Source: Cyanophora paradoxa CCMP329 (lineage: Eukaryota; Plantae; Glaucophyta). Taken from it: 64,000 bases of DNA. The position numbers and the translations under genes were made by a program. Of the stretch, positions 27,791 to 41,582 are shown in pieces. The notes below the pieces were generated by a model. The model had not been told where the DNA came from and ran no database searches. It worked only from the letters and a program-made list of their open reading frames with translations. Where the stretch lies: positions 188,800-252,799 of the forward strand of contig QPMI01000093.1 of the NCBI GenBank assembly GCA_004431415.1. The letters are read 5' to 3'. Every line of letters begins with the position of its first letter. Position 1 is the first letter of the stretch.

Positions 27791-30286
27791 TCAAGAAACT
27801 CCGCCTGCGGCCCGGAAGGTCAGCTGAAGCTCAAGGGGGGGGGGGGGGGGAGGAGGAGGAGGAGGAAGAGGGGTGTACAAGAGGGAGCTTGAAGGGGGCG
27901 GGGGGGAGGGAGGGGGGGGGGGGGGGGCGGCGGGTTGGAAGGAAGAGGAATGGCAGGGCAAGGCAAAGGGAGCGTGGGGTGAAGCGGACGGGGGGCGGGA
28001 ATCTTTCATTTAGAGTGCTTCTAGAACGTGGGCGCGGGGCCCGGGGATGGGGGCGCGGGGCGGGGCGGGGCGGGGCGCGAGGGGGCCCGGGGCGCGAGAA
28101 TGTGGGCGTGGGGCCCGGGGATTTAGACCATATAAAGGATGAATCTTTGGAGGCGGGGCGGGGCGCGAGGGTGCGGGGGCGCGCCTGCTCCTTGCGCTGC
28201 CGCGGGTGCGCGAGGAGGTACGTGAACGACTGGTGCAGCTTCCGCGCGCTCGTGCTGTTCTCCTGCGCACGAAGGGAGGGTTACAGAGAAAAGAGGAGGG
28301 GGGGTACGGAGCGCACGCAGAAGTACCCCCGGCCGCCGGGCCGCCGGTCGTCCTCCATGAGCGTGATGGCGTCTGAGGCTCCCCGAGCTCAGGTGAGGCT
28401 CGAGCTTCTTTCCTTAGACCTTCAAGGAAGAGGAGCTAAAGGAAGATCCTTAGAATCGAGGAGAAGATTCTCTGGATCTAGCTTCCTTCCCTAAGCTAAC
28501 TCTTAGACTTCCTTTTTCCGTATTATCTACTTGCTTGCGGACCGTAGACGTCCTGGCAGTGGTTGTTGTCGGTGGGCTTGTCGTGCAGGTAGAGGGCGTC
28601 GAAGTAGAAGTTCGCCTTCCGCAGCGCCTCCTGCACCACCTGCGAGAGGTCACGGCCGGGCTCGCCGGAGCGGCGGGGGGAGGAGAGGGGGGGGGGGGGG
28701 GGGGTGGGGGGGCGGGGGCGGGCGGGGCGGGCGGGGGCCGAGGCCGAAGGCGGGGCGGGGGCGGGGGCGGGGCGGAGGCGGGGGAGCCGAGCGGGGGGGG
28801 GGGGAAGGGGGGGGAGGAGGAGGAGGAGAAGGGGAAGGAGGGATGAGGGGGGGGGGGGGGGGCGGGCCGGGCCGGGAGGGCCGGGCGGAGGCGGGGGCGG
28901 GGGGCGGGGCGGGAGGCAGGGGAGCCGAGCGGGCTCGCCGCCGCGTGAGATCGGACCCAGAGGAACTAGGCGGGCCTAGGCGGAGCGGGCGGAGTACGGC
29001 TTTCGTTGGACTTTTCTCGCTCACCGGGGAGGTGTTGTTCCGGGGTACGATGGAGCTTCGACCGTAGAGGAGCACAGCGCGAACGCAAGCGGGGGCCGAG
29101 GGGTCGTCCAGTATCCCCCGCACCCGCGGGTGGCCCGTCCTGCGCCGGCGCGTCGTAAGTCAGAGTGGGCCGGCGCCGCGGAGGGCGGAAGGAAGGGTCG
29201 GATTCTTCGTACACGGCTTCGAAGACGGATTGGACGTCTGCGGGCGCCAGGGGGGTACGTCGGCGGCGGGCGGGCGGGCGGGGAAACGGAGCGGGCGGCC
29301 GGCACGACGCACCGAAGGACTGGTAGCGGTCGCCGGTCTTCATCTCCCAGATCGCGTTGATGATCTCTGCTCGCGCGCGCTCGCGTCGGAATTGTTCGAA
29401 TTGTGAGCGCGAGCTGCGCCCGCGGCTCCAAATGCAAAATAGGCGCACGCTGCTCGTTGTTGGTGAAGTCCAGGACGCGCTTGACGCCCACGTCGAGCGT
29501 GTACACGGCCACCTCCGTCGCGGGGCAGAAGCGCAGCTTGCAGGCGATGAAGGTCGTCAGCCCGCTGCGAGCGTGTGATCGTGAGCGGCAGGCTATCAGG
29601 CACACCCACGGTGTTCAGGTCACACCGCTTTGCGTTGTCCAACCTCGACCGCGCTCCCATCTTCTCGTTCAGCTCGTCGCTGACCATGAAGAGCCACGGT
29701 CAGCGTTCAGCGGGGCCGCGCTGCATGCGCATGCGAGCACAAAGACGCACGAGGAATCGAGGAAGAGGAACAGCTTCTCCGGCCCCGCCATTCTGGAGCG
29801 CGGCGCCGGCGCTGCCGCTCGATGCTAAGCACACCCCCCGGCGCAAACGCGTGCTGTTCAGCTGCGGTGTACACTGCTGATGTCCAAGCTGCGACGGTGC
29901 TCGGCGCTTGCGGCCAACGCGCTCGACTCGACGGCTTGGAGTGCAGCGTCGACTCCGGCGTGCCACTCTGTCACTCTCGATCGCTCGATCGCTCGATGGT
30001 CGGTGCTCGTTTGATCGTTCAAAGCTCGGGAGGGCGATGAGCCCGTGCTACTGTACCCCCATTAAGCTTGGTTCCCGCCCGCGACCGTGAGTTCTGAGCC
30101 TCCGACGGCCAGCTGCAGCTTTGAAATTGGCCTCTTGGGCGTCTGCGCAGCTTTTGAGCCCCAAGCCTTCCAACTTCCAAGCGGACTCGTGGAGGACGCA
30201 TCCAGCCACGCGGCTCGCGTACGGTTGCGTAGGTCTGTGATCGGAGCCTTTCCTTCGTCCCGGATGCTTCGTAGCCTGTCCATCAT
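27791..30286 (-). CDS. Hypothetical multi-exon protein, function unknown
   Basis: Coding-like exons bounded by GT/GC..AG: WLFMVSDELNEKMG, LTTFIACKLRFCPATEVAVYTLDVGVKRVLDF, AEIINAIWEMKTGDRYQSFG, VVQEALRKANFYFDALYLHDKP and ENSTSARKLHQSFTYLL. Ends are approximate. Confidence 0.5.
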
Positions 30287-30387
30287 GCGGAGATAGCACA
30301 GCTTGCGGGTTCTTCCGCGCGCGCCGATGCCGTCGACGTCAGTCGGCGAGCTCACGTAGCTAGGCAAACTCAGAGCAGCCCTCCTCC

Positions 30388-32889
30388 ATGTTTCAGAATA
30401 TACTCCGCGGCGCCGCGAAGCGCTTCGCGAAGAATCTGCTGAAGAAGAACTGGCTTGAGGACGGACTCGCACAGGTCTTCGACCCCGGCGACGTAGAGAG
30501 CGGGGTGCGCCGCGCGCCAGCCCCGCGCTCGTTTGGAGCTTCGCGGCCTAACGCGCGCGCGGCCGCGGCCGCTCGCAGCTTGAAGAGCTGAGGGAGAGCG
30601 CGCGGAAGCAGGCGAGGAGGGCCGGCGCGGCGGCGGATGCGTTCGGGCTCGATGAAACGCACAACGGGCACCACGGGGCGCACGGCTCGCCGCACGGGGA
30701 CGGGCACCACTGCCACCACGAGCACGGCGGCGGCCCCGGCGGCCACCCGCCGCGGCCCGAGGCGCCCCGCGTCGTCGATATGGGCGCCGCCTTCGTCGAG
30801 ATCGCGTGGAGCCCCGTCCAGGTCAGCGCCCTCCCGCCCGCGCGCGCGCGAGCGCCGGGAAAGGGTCGCCGCCCCGATTCGAACCCGGTTCGGGCCGCGA
30901 AGTGCCTGCCGCCGGTGACGGGGTACCTCGTGCTCCTCAACGGGGGTGTACCCCTTTGGACCCAAGCCTCCCCCTTCTGTCGCGTGCGCCGTACACCCCC
31001 CCCCCTCTGTACCCCCGTACCCCCGCCCACGCGCCCGCCCGAAGGTGGAGAACCTCGAGCCCGGGGGGGTGTGCACGTTCGAGGTCGTCGCCCAGAACAG
31101 TGCGTACCCCCCCCCGCCCCCCTCCTCCGCCGCCAACGCGCTGCGCCTTTCAGTGCACGGATTTGGGCCCACGTCTCCCAAGACCACAGTCACGACTCCC
31201 TCCTTGGAGCCCGGCGGAGGTGCGCGGCCGGCCCGCGGCACCCTGTGCTGTCCCCTGTACCCCTGTCCCCTGTCCGACCCCCCGCGCAGCAGAGGATGGA
31301 GATGCCGCCGCCGCCGAGTGGAGCGAGGAGGAAGAGATGGAGGAGGAGGACGAGGAGGAGGCGAGTGGGGCGCGAGAACAGGAGGAGGAGGGGGGGGAAC
31401 AAGGGACGGGCCACGTGTGCTGGACGGGGAGGAGGCCGGGGCCCGCCGGGGGGGGGGAGGACCCCGTCCTCCTCGAGCTACAGTGCGAGGTGCGGTGGCG
31501 GGGTACGGGGTTCCGGAGGGGAGGGGTACAGGCCGCGGGGTACATGCAGTCTAGATCCCGGCTGGAGGCTCTCGGGGCTAGAGACCGGGGCGCTCTTTCC
31601 CGCCTGAAAAGGCTGAGCCGCACGTCCCTTTGGACCCGCTTAGGCCCAGCCCTCCGGATCCCCGCTTTCGAGCACGCTTCGAGTTTCCAAGCCGCCATCT
31701 GAGCTCCGTCTGAGCCTCCGTCTGAGTCTCCATCTGAGCTCCGCCTAGGCCTAGCGCGCCCTGCTCACCACCACGCTGTCTGAGCCGCCACCTGAGCCTC
31801 CGTTTGAGCTTTCTGAGCTGAGCCTCAGGACGGAGAGACGGTGCGGGTGCCGGCGGTGGTGCGGCGTTCCTGCGGGAGCCCCGCGGGGGGCCGCCCCACC
31901 CGCGCCGGCTCGGGCCTACTCGCCCGCATCTGCGAGGGCGAGGGCGAGGGCCGGGAGGAGGCCGAGGGGGATGGAGGAGGGGGAGGGAGGGCGGAGGGCC
32001 CCGCACCCCCCAACAAGCTTAAGCCCCCGGCGGGCCGCAACCGGCGGGGGTCCGTGGTCCGAGCCGTGGCCCTGGCGCCGGGCCCGGAGGAGCTGTGCCC
32101 GCTGGAGCGCCCGGAGCGGGCCGAGCGCTGCTGGGAGCGGCCCGTGGAAGCGATACGGAGCGACCGAGCCATGCTGGAGGCCTGCCCCGTGTTCAGGCTG
32201 GAGCCTCAGGCTCAGGTGAGCCCCGGAGGGGGGGACGGAGCCGGCTCGGGCGAGCCTCGACTCCTTCGGGTCGTGGCGTCGCGCCGGCCCTCCCGCCACC
32301 CCTCCGCTTCGCCCCCTCCCGAGCCGCGGCCGCCGCCGCCGGCCCCTCTCTCGAAGGGTTCGGATCCGCCGGCTCGCGTGCCCTCCGTCTCTCCGCGGCG
32401 GGGCCGCTGCGCCGCCCGCCGGCCGCGCCCGAAGCGGGCGCCCGAAGCTTCCCCCGCCCTCCCATGCTTCCCCTGCCTCGCGGCGCGGGCGCTGCTGGCG
32501 GACCCCTCCGCCGCCGCCGCCGCCGTCCGCGCCTCTGACGCCGCCGCCGCCTGCGCCCGCTCCCACTCGAGGGTGCACGCGTACCCCCCTCCCCTCCCCG
32601 CCACCATTCTCCATCTTCTTAAAGCTTAGCGCCGCGCGTGCGCAGGAGCCGCCGCTTCGGAGGACGGCGAGCCACCCCGAGGGCATCGCGAGCCTGGGCC
32701 TGGGCCTGGGTCCGTCCCCGTGGGACTGGTTCGCCTCCGGGCTCGGCCCCAGGCCCGCCCCGCACCTCCTCCTCCCCCCCGGCGCTGGCGATGGCCGCGG
32801 CCTCCCGGCCGCGGCCGCCCTCGGTCCCGGCTCCGGCCCTAAGACCGCAGCCCTCGCCGGCGGTGGCGGCGCGCCGGGCCGGGGCGTAG
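30388..32889 (+). CDS. Fibronectin type III domain-containing protein with a His-rich linker, multi-exon
   Basis: PPRPEAPRVVDMGAAFVEIAWSP...PVTGYLVLLNG...VENLEPGGVCTFEVVAQN..GFGPTS is a canonical FN3 pattern. The 3' structure is uncertain. Confidence 0.6.
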
Positions 32890-33989
32890 GGACCCCGCGG
32901 CGGCCCTCGCATTAGATCTATTCCGCTTTCCTGTGCCTGCAGCTGCATATGCATGCATACGCATGATATGTGCAGCCTTGCACTGCGGCAGCAGCAACTG
33001 CCGCAGTACGTTCGTGGTACCGGATGATTCGCTAGCGCTCTTAAATAGTGAGTTAGCTTATCCTAGCTATATAGCCGCTGAGCTGTACATATATAGTCGC
33101 TGAGTCATTTAAAGCAGAATACTAATATTAGCATATAATCATGCATATGAGTACTAGTTATGCATATGCATGCATGCGCACTGCGGCATATGTGCATATG
33201 GGTTGAGCTCCGCCGGCGGCGCGCGGGTACGCATGCTAGCGCTAGCCGCTGAGCTGGCCCCTTGGGCTCATGATCAACGGCTTGGTATATATATATCATA
33301 GTATCGAGCGCGGCCCGCGATATATCGATCTGCCGCTGGCCCGGCCCGCGGCCGGAGCTCGAGGCTCGTGATGAGCCTCCGGAGATCCGCTGATCATGAG
33401 CCGGCCCGGTCCGGCGGATCATGCATATGTTCCCGCCGATTAATATTCGTGCATATGCAATGATTTCCCGGAGTCGACGTCCCGCCGGGCCGTCTACGCT
33501 TCAGGACTTGCGAAGTTCGCTAGCTGTCACAGTGTATAGACATGTACAGTCGGACTGTGCACGTGGAGGACTCGGGAGGGTGCAAGGCGATCGTGAAGGA
33601 CATGGAGCACGCGTGCAATAGCAGCCCGCCGGGCCGGAGTACGTACGTAACGTGGGGAACATGTACAGCGCATGCACATGGGGAGGCCTAGGGGAAAGAC
33701 GCCGGCGCGCCGGTCGGCCCTGGGGCGCCAGCAATCGAGTTCAAGCGCGTATTAATTTGTGACATTGCCATTGGATTCAATGATTGCGACATAGAACAGA
33801 GAGATTATTTCAATTGCAATGTGAAGGCTTCTCTCCTATGTAGCGCGCTACGGCAGCTGAAGGCCCGTCGCACGGGCCGCAACTTGCAGAAAGCGACAAG
33901 ACTCTGAGATAGGCCATAGCTAGCTCGTCGAATAATTAAAAATATTTCTCGAGCTTAGCTAGCTATAGATCTAGTGCGCCGCGCGCCAT

Positions 33990-34914
33990 CTAGCAGTCCG
34001 CGAACTCGATCTCGAACGCCGCCTCGGGGCCTCGTCCAGGCTGTCGAACTGCGCGCGATCGAAGGCCACGTCAAAATTCGAAATGGAGCGGAATATATTT
34101 CATTTAGCACGCGGAACCCGGCGCGCGGGGCCTCGGGCCTCGATTTCCGAAAGTTCGCACCTCGATGTCGGCCTCGAGCATGGCGATCGATATCTCCTCG
34201 TCGAGCTGCGCGATGTCCTTGTACTCGGTCCCGTTGAGGGCCTGGGCCGTCGAGTCCACGACCTGCCAACCCGTACGCGTTTAGTTCACGCTAGCGCTTG
34301 TGACTACCGCTCGAACTTCTAAAGCAAAGCGAAAACGAATGGGCGCAGCGCACCGAGGCGAGGGAAACGTCCTTGTTGGAAATGCACCCGCAGTCGTAGG
34401 TGGACAGGGCGACCGCCACCTGCGCGTACGGGGTAAAATAAGTTCGGGCTGCATGTGGGTCGGGCCCGCGGCTCCGCCGCGCGCGCGCGCCTTGTTGTAG
34501 GCGATGTCGATCTCGACGGGGTGGTGCTTGGCGGCGTCGCAGTCGTCGGCAAGGTCGCCGGCAAAGTCCAGCGCGTGGCGGAAGTCCTCGAACTTGAACG
34601 TCTGCACGCGATTCGTACATATTAGTACTCGCAGAGTTTGCGCGGCATGCGCAGCGACGAAGTGCATCGCAAACGTGTTCACACCTTCACGATCTGCTGC
34701 AGCGAGGTGCTGCCATTGGAGATGGTCTCGACGCGCCAGCCGGGCAGGGTGGACGAGCCGATCTCGGCGACCTGGCCGCTGGAGAGAGCGGTGAAGGTCG
34801 GGCTGCACAGACCGCGAGCATAAGCGAGGTGCGCGCGCGAGGGCAATTGCAAGGTCGTGCATACCCGCCGTCCGCGACGGAGTTCACGAGGTCAACGAGA
34901 GCGTCCGACGACAT
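33990..34914 (-). CDS. Pterin-4-alpha-carbinolamine dehydratase (PCD/PhhB/DCoH family), copy 1
   Basis: LPGWRV...LQQ|TFKFEDFRHALDFAGDLADDCDAAKHHPVEIDIAYNK|VAVALSTYDCGCISNKDVSLAS. The last exon is one C short relative to copy 2. Confidence 0.85.
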
Positions 34915-35508
34915 GGCGGCGAGAAGCTTAAGGACTTGGCCGAGAGAGCGTGCGTTAGCTCGAACTGGTCGAACTTGGCAGATGCGAGTGAGCGGCCACG
35001 GATGACGAGGCCTGCAGGCTGCAGGCTAGGGCGACAGGTACCCCGCCAACGCGCTGAGCGGTTCGGACCAAACGCTCCTAAGAGTTTACCCGAGCTGCCT
35101 AGGAGTCTAGTAGGAGGCTAGGCCATCATGATCATGCCATGAGGGCCCGATGAGGCCCATGACTCAGTGACTCAGTTAATCCCATGATGCGCAGGCACTC
35201 AGTGACTTCCTGCAGAATTCATGTTCAATTGCAATTGCAAGGTCCTGTGAAATTTGTTCGGAAAGGCCGGGAAAGCTGTGACATTGCCATTGGATTCAAT
35301 GATTGCGACATAGAACAGAGAGATTATTTCAATTGCAATGTGAAGGCTTCTCTCCTATGTAGCGCGCTACGGCAGCTGAAGGCCCGTCGCACGGGCCGCA
35401 ACTTGCAGAAAGCGACAAGACTCTGAGATAGGCCATAGCTAGCTCGTCGAATAATTAAAAATATTTCTCGAGCTTAGCTAGCTATAGATCTAGTGCGCCG
35501 CGCGCCAT

Positions 35509-36434
35509 CTAGCAGTCCGCGAACTCGATCTCGAACGCCGCCTCGGGGGCCTCGTCCAGGCTGTCGAACTGCGCGCGATCGAAGGCCACGTCAAAATTCG
35601 AAATGGAGCGGAATATATTTCATTTAGCACGCGGAACCCGGCGCGCGGGGGCCTCGGGCCTCGATTTCCGAAAGTTCGCACCTCGATGTCGGCCTCGAGC
35701 ATGGCGATCGATATCTCCTCGTCGAGCTGCGCGATGTCCTTGTACTCGGTCCCGTTGAGGGCCTGGGCCGTCGAGTCCACGACCTGCCAACCCGTACGCG
35801 TTTAGTTCACGCTAGCGCTTGTGACTACCGCTCGAACTTCTAAAGCAAAGCGAAAACGAATGGGCGCAGCGCACCGAGGCGAGGGAAACGTCCTTGTTGG
35901 AAATGCACCCGCAGTCGTAGGTGGACAGGGCGACCGCCACCTGCGCGTACGGGTAAAATAAGTTCGGGCTGCATGTGGGTCGGGCCCGCGGCTCCGCCGC
36001 GCGCGCGCGCCTTGTTGTAGGCGATGTCGATCTCGACGGGGTGGTGCTTGGCGGCGTCGCAGTCGTCGGCAAGGTCGCCGGCAAAGTCCAGCGCGTGGCG
36101 GAAGTCCTCGAACTTGAACGTCTGCACGCGATTCGTACATATTAGTACTCGCAGAGTTTGCGCGGCATGCGCAGCGACGAAGTGCATCGCAAACGTGTTC
36201 ACACCTTCACGATCTGCTGCAGCGAGGTGCTGCCATTGGAGATGGTCTCGACGCGCCAGCCGGGCAGGGTGGACGAGCCGATCTCGGCGACCTGGCCGCT
36301 GGAGAGAGCGGTGAAGGTCGGGCTGCACAGACCGCGAGCATAAGCGAGGTGCGCGCGCGAGGGCAATTGCAAGGTCGTGCATACCCGCCGTCCGCGACGG
36401 AGTTCACGAGGTCAACGAGAGCGTCCGACGACAT
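35509..36434 (-). CDS. Pterin-4-alpha-carbinolamine dehydratase (PCD/PhhB/DCoH family), copy 2
   Basis: Same exons as copy 1; the last exon reads FDSLDEAPEAAFEIEFADC-stop in frame. Confidence 0.85.
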
Positions 36435-38229
36435 GGCGGCGAGAAGCTTAAGGACTTGGCCGAGAGAGCGTGCGTTAGCTCGAACTGGTCGAACTTGGCA
36501 GATGCGAGTGAGCGGCCACGGATGACGAGGCCTGCAGGCTGCAGGCTAGGGCGACAGGTACCCCGCCAACGCGCTGAGCGGTTCGGACCAAACGCTCCTA
36601 AGAGTTTACCCGAGCTGCCTAGGAGTCTAGTAGGAGGCTAGGCCATCATGATCATGCCATGAGGGCCCGATGAGGCCCATGACTCAGTGACTCAGTTAAT
36701 CCCATGATGCGCAGGCACTCAGTGACTTCCTGCAGAATTCATGTTCAATTGCAATTGCAAGGTCCTGTGAAATTTGTTCGGAAAGGCCGGGAAAGCCTTG
36801 AAGCTACCGAGTTCAGGATCTCTGTTCGGATTGCAACTTGCAAAGTTCGTTGTTCGGAAACACTTAAGCTTCGGATCGTACTTTCAAAGTTAGCACTACC
36901 GAAATTCAGGCTCAGCGGCTACTAATAGGCTAGTAGTAGCCTGCTAGGCTAGTAGCCGAGAGTCCCGAGACACAGTCCGAGAGTTCCGAAGTTCGGTCCT
37001 TCGGTCCTGGCTTCGGATCGTACTTTGCAGAAGTTTGCACTACCGACTCGGCGAATTGAGGCTCAGCGGCTACTAATAGGCTAGTAATAGCCTAGTATAC
37101 GTAGTAGCCTGCTAGGCTACCGGGGGTAGTAGCCGAGACTGCTGCCGAGTACTACGCCGTAGTAGTACTAGTACGCCGTGACGGTATACCGGTAGACTCT
37201 GAGACTTAATAGACCCGCGGCCCTCAAGTTGCACAACCGTCACGGCGTTGAACTACTAATTATAATTATATGAATGCACTGCGGCACCACCGTCCGACGG
37301 TCCACTGCCCAGTGCCCACTACTAATGGGCCACTAGTACTCCCCTGGTCTGCCAGTAGACTGCCACAGTCTGCCCACGTGCACAAAGTCCACAGACTGCC
37401 AGGCCAGCGCTGCCCACTGGGCCACCGTGGCTGCGGGCCTGCGGCGTGGCCCGGGCACTGCTGGCCCAGTAGCTGGCACTGACTGGCACTGACTGGCAGT
37501 GACTGCCCACTGGCATGCACCACTGCGCCGAGCTCGAGGGTCTTAGCGACTCTTAGGCTGTCCGACCGTCGGACGGTCGGGCTACTAGTAGTCTTAGCCT
37601 CTTAGGACTCTTAGCACATTGCGCATGATCACGATCGAACTCGGAAGACTCTCGGAGTCGGAACTTTGACTCGGAAGTTAGACTCGGAAGTTGCCAAGTT
37701 GAGAGTCGGAACGCCGGCCCCGGCGGCCCGGCCGGGCCTTCCGCAGGAAAATTAATTAATAAATCATAATTATAATTAAATCGTAGCGCCGCGGCGCGCG
37801 CGCCGACTCGGCGATCGCGACTCTATACTATGATAAGTTCTCACTGTACTACGGTAGCGGTCGTGCCGCCGAGTCATATATATATCATATATAGTATATC
37901 ACTGTATATGCTACCGTAGTACGCCGCCTACGCGCGTACTACGGCCGCGGTATACGACCGCGCCGCGTATACGTATACGTACCGTAGTACGGTACTACGG
38001 TACGCGCGTGCGCCTTAAGCTTGTCGCCTACTTACTACGCAGCCTAAGCTGCGGCCGGCTACAGCTAGTCGCCTTGATCGCCGAATCGACGTCAAGTCGT
38101 CGTCAACTCATTAATTATGCGCAGCTGCGCAGGCTATAGCTACGTATGCGACCAGACGTACAATGTCACATATGCATGTAGTTCCCTGCAGTTGGTAGCT
38201 AGCACTGCAGCCGCAGCCAGAGCGCAACT

Positions 38230-40700
38230 GCAGACCCCACAAGTAGTGCGCCCAGACTCGCTCTCTACGCTCTCCAGTGCGGACGAGGTGCGCGTGCGCG
38301 TGCTGCAGCGCTAGCTCATGATCACGTCACGATGTGTGGTCGAGCTCGAGCCCGCATGCGTCTCACGCAGGTTGAGGAGTTGGGACGCACCGTTTATGGA
38401 GAATGGCCTCTCGCTTCCGGCGTAACTCTGCTGACTGCACTCTGGAAGGCGAGTCCTCGTGTCATCCCTGCAGCTTGAAACTTATATTTGTCATATATCA
38501 TATGTATCTGAATATACATCGAACGTATACTTTACACTTCGCAGACGAACGCGTCGGACCCGAGGAGCTTCGGTGCCGACTATGTTACGATCCGCGGTTC
38601 GGCGATGGGAACTCTTTTGCCTCCATCCGATCATGGTATGCACGTTTGCGTGCATCGCGAAATGTGCTCGTGTGCACACTTGGGCAACTCTCGGCCACTT
38701 GCAACTGGCCTCGCCCCGAATATATGACTGCGACTGCGACGTTCATATGCATTTTCCCATCGCCCCAGATTTCTTTGTGCTTAATTCGATGCGAGCCTTC
38801 TCGGACGCTATTATTATGAGCGGTGCACAGTTGAGGTTCGCGCTCTCCCTTACAAGCTTAAGGGTAATAAAAAACATCTCTCGTCTAAAGCCAAGTGCTC
38901 AGAATGGACACTTGGATTGATTTCGCACTGCAAGGGCGAGCAGCTCGGGGCCTGCTAGAGTGGCGCACACAGCGGCTGCAGAAGACCCGCCCGCAGTGCA
39001 TCATGGTCTTGTCCCGAGGCGAGGTCTGCCCAATGATTCACTGAGTTTCAAAAATCGATTCCGTGAAAACGATTCCAGATGAGATCTAACCACGTGCACG
39101 CCATGCGCATGCGCATGTCCTGATCCGCGGTACTGCAGGATCCCGAATTAACTCTATCCCACCAAGTGTTCAGGCGAGAAGCTTGCAATTGATCTTAAAT
39201 CATTGAATGTCTGTCGGAATTATCATCTTACTTATTCTAGTTTCTGATTCAGCAAGCCATGCGATCGCCCTCTTTGCTTTCTCTTCTACACAGAGACGCG
39301 AAATGTAAAACGAGTGGAGGTTCGCTTTCATTTTCTGTCGCACGTTGATCTAGATCTGTTGTGATTTTACTCCGCGGTCAATCTCACAATGATGATCATG
39401 AGCGCAGAAAGTCGTGCACGACCGAGCGCTCGGCAACGTCCGCGTCGTCGGCGCGGAGCGCCCCTGCATCCGCTCCGCGGTCGACCTTTTAAAGACGGTG
39501 CGGACAATTTCATAACCTAAACCATAACCTCATAACCTTGAACCTCATAACAATTTCATAATTTATAACGTCAAGCTTAAGCTTGAACCGATATTACATA
39601 TATACAAAGCCCTCCCCCCCGGCCCCTCGCAAACATGTGCGGCAGGAGGGCTACGGGGACATCGCAGTCGAGACGGGCCCGACAACGTCGCGGGAGCTGC
39701 TGTCCGCGGGCGGCTTCGACACGCTCCTCCTCTCCATATACGATTCGCCCTTCATAGATCCCGAGGTGCGTTCTAGATCTGTGATGCTTCAAAATCGCTA
39801 GTACTATGTACATGTGGAAGCCGGCTCGCGTCCCCACTTACGCGTGCTTAATATATATATAATAAACAACATGTGCCCAGGCCATCCACCCTTCTCTGGC
39901 ATTCGCGGATGAAAGCCACATCAGAACGTTCTTTGAGCCGAAATATTCGCTTACCGTCGCGCCCTCCACACCCGTCGGTGCGTCATATATTTCCAGAGAT
40001 CTTAAGCACTAATGCTAGGTAGCAAGCACCCTCCAGACTTTTCTGATTTTCGGCACAGGGGCTCGGTGGCACATCCGCCGCTACCAACGCCGTGCTATGG
40101 GCTCAGGCTGGAATCTAGAGCTTCGCAACCAGCTTCTCTAGATCTGGATTCAGATCTCGGCATTGACCTAGCCCTCACTTCGGGCCTCTGTGCCTTTCAG
40201 CGGCTAGTAAAGTGGTGCTCTGTAGTATATACAGCTAGAAGGTACTCCGAGGCTCTACGTATACGCTTGTTCGATACGCTTCCTATTGCCCGGCCGCTGC
40301 TTTTCGTGCACGTGCCGACTGGGCGGGCCTGGTGTACAATATATTTATAATATGATCATGACATGTGCACGTGGTGGGATCGGTGGGAGTTGCGCGCGGC
40401 GCGGAGCCGAACTTCGGGCCCGCAGGGGAGGCGGGGATGCGCGCAATGACCGGGAGAAGACCTACGGCCGCTGCTGCTTCAAATATATATTTATTCACGG
40501 CCGCCTCCGATCCGCCACGAATTCGAAGGCGCGCGTTCGTGCACCCGGCCGCCGCAATTCAAGCCGTACGCGTCTGCGCAAATTAAAGCCCGCCGCGCGG
40601 GGCGCGTCGCGATCGCCGAGAATCTTACTATCTATATATGGGCTTCAGATTCCGTCGACGTCTCATGCTGACTCCATTTGATTTCAGCTGGGCGGCGCTG
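38230..40700 (+). CDS. Possible multi-exon hypothetical gene (or decayed gene), lower GC
   Basis: Short coding-like segments bounded by AG/GT, e.g. VEELGRTVYGEWPLASGVTLLTALWK, EGYGDIAVETGPTTSRELLSAGGFDTLLLSIYDSPFIDPE and AIHPSLAFADESHIRTFFEPKY. No family recognised. Confidence 0.35.
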
Positions 40701-41582
40701 AGGAACCTCTGAACCCCCTGCGTAATTGCAACGAAGCTTTGAGGGCCTCGCGGTCGGAGCTCATGATCATGAAGGGGCTGGAAGGCCGAGTCGCAGAGTG
40801 GCCTTCTAGCTTAAGGCCTTCGAATTCGAATTCCTCTCCCTCCTTGAGTGCTAGCGCTATCTAGGGTGCAACCGCTGGCGCTGAGCTGTGCCACGGTGCA
40901 CGTGCCACGGTGTTGCGCATGCAAGTGACGCGGGAGTGATCATGAAGAGTTCCGAAGTTCATGCACGTACGCGTGATCACGGCCGCCTCCGCCGCGAAGG
41001 CACCCGGCCGCCGCGATTCAAGCCGTCCACCATGGGCAGGGGGCATGGGGCCGGCGCGGGCGCCCAGCGGCCGCGCGGCACGAGCATTTGCATGCCATTG
41101 ATAGTGCATAAATATTGGGAACACCTGCTGCTATCATAGTATTGCGCTCGGGAGTCCTGATTTGCCGAAGTTGGCCCAGCTGCAGTGGGATCTTTCGTTC
41201 ATACAAAATATTGCGTCATATCTAGATCTGGTCATAATTATAGCTTTCCAGATCTAGCTATAAAGTGGAAAACACGGGAAGTTCGAATTCGAAGTGTGAA
41301 ATTTAAACCGACTCTAGATCTGCTACTAGGCTAGGCTGGGCGACTAGGTCTACTAGTACTGGGTCTAGCTATGTAACGCTAGCTATCAGTATAGCGTAGC
41401 CAACTCATTGTTCGTCGAATAATTATCAAAGCATGCGGATCGCGGATCGTCGGACCTAGGCCGGGAGAGCTCGAGGTCCGACCGTCGGACGGTCCGGATC
41501 GCGGCGGCCAACTGGCAAGGATACTGCCCCTGGCGGCCTAAGCATGTGTCCTGCGCTGCGCAAACCGGCTGGCCGGCTAGGC

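Larger units (their letters stand above)
33758..36796. repeat. Near-perfect tandem duplication of a ~1.52-kb unit (33758-35276 and 35277-36796)
   Basis: The only differences seen between the units are G/C homopolymer lengths. Confidence 0.97.
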
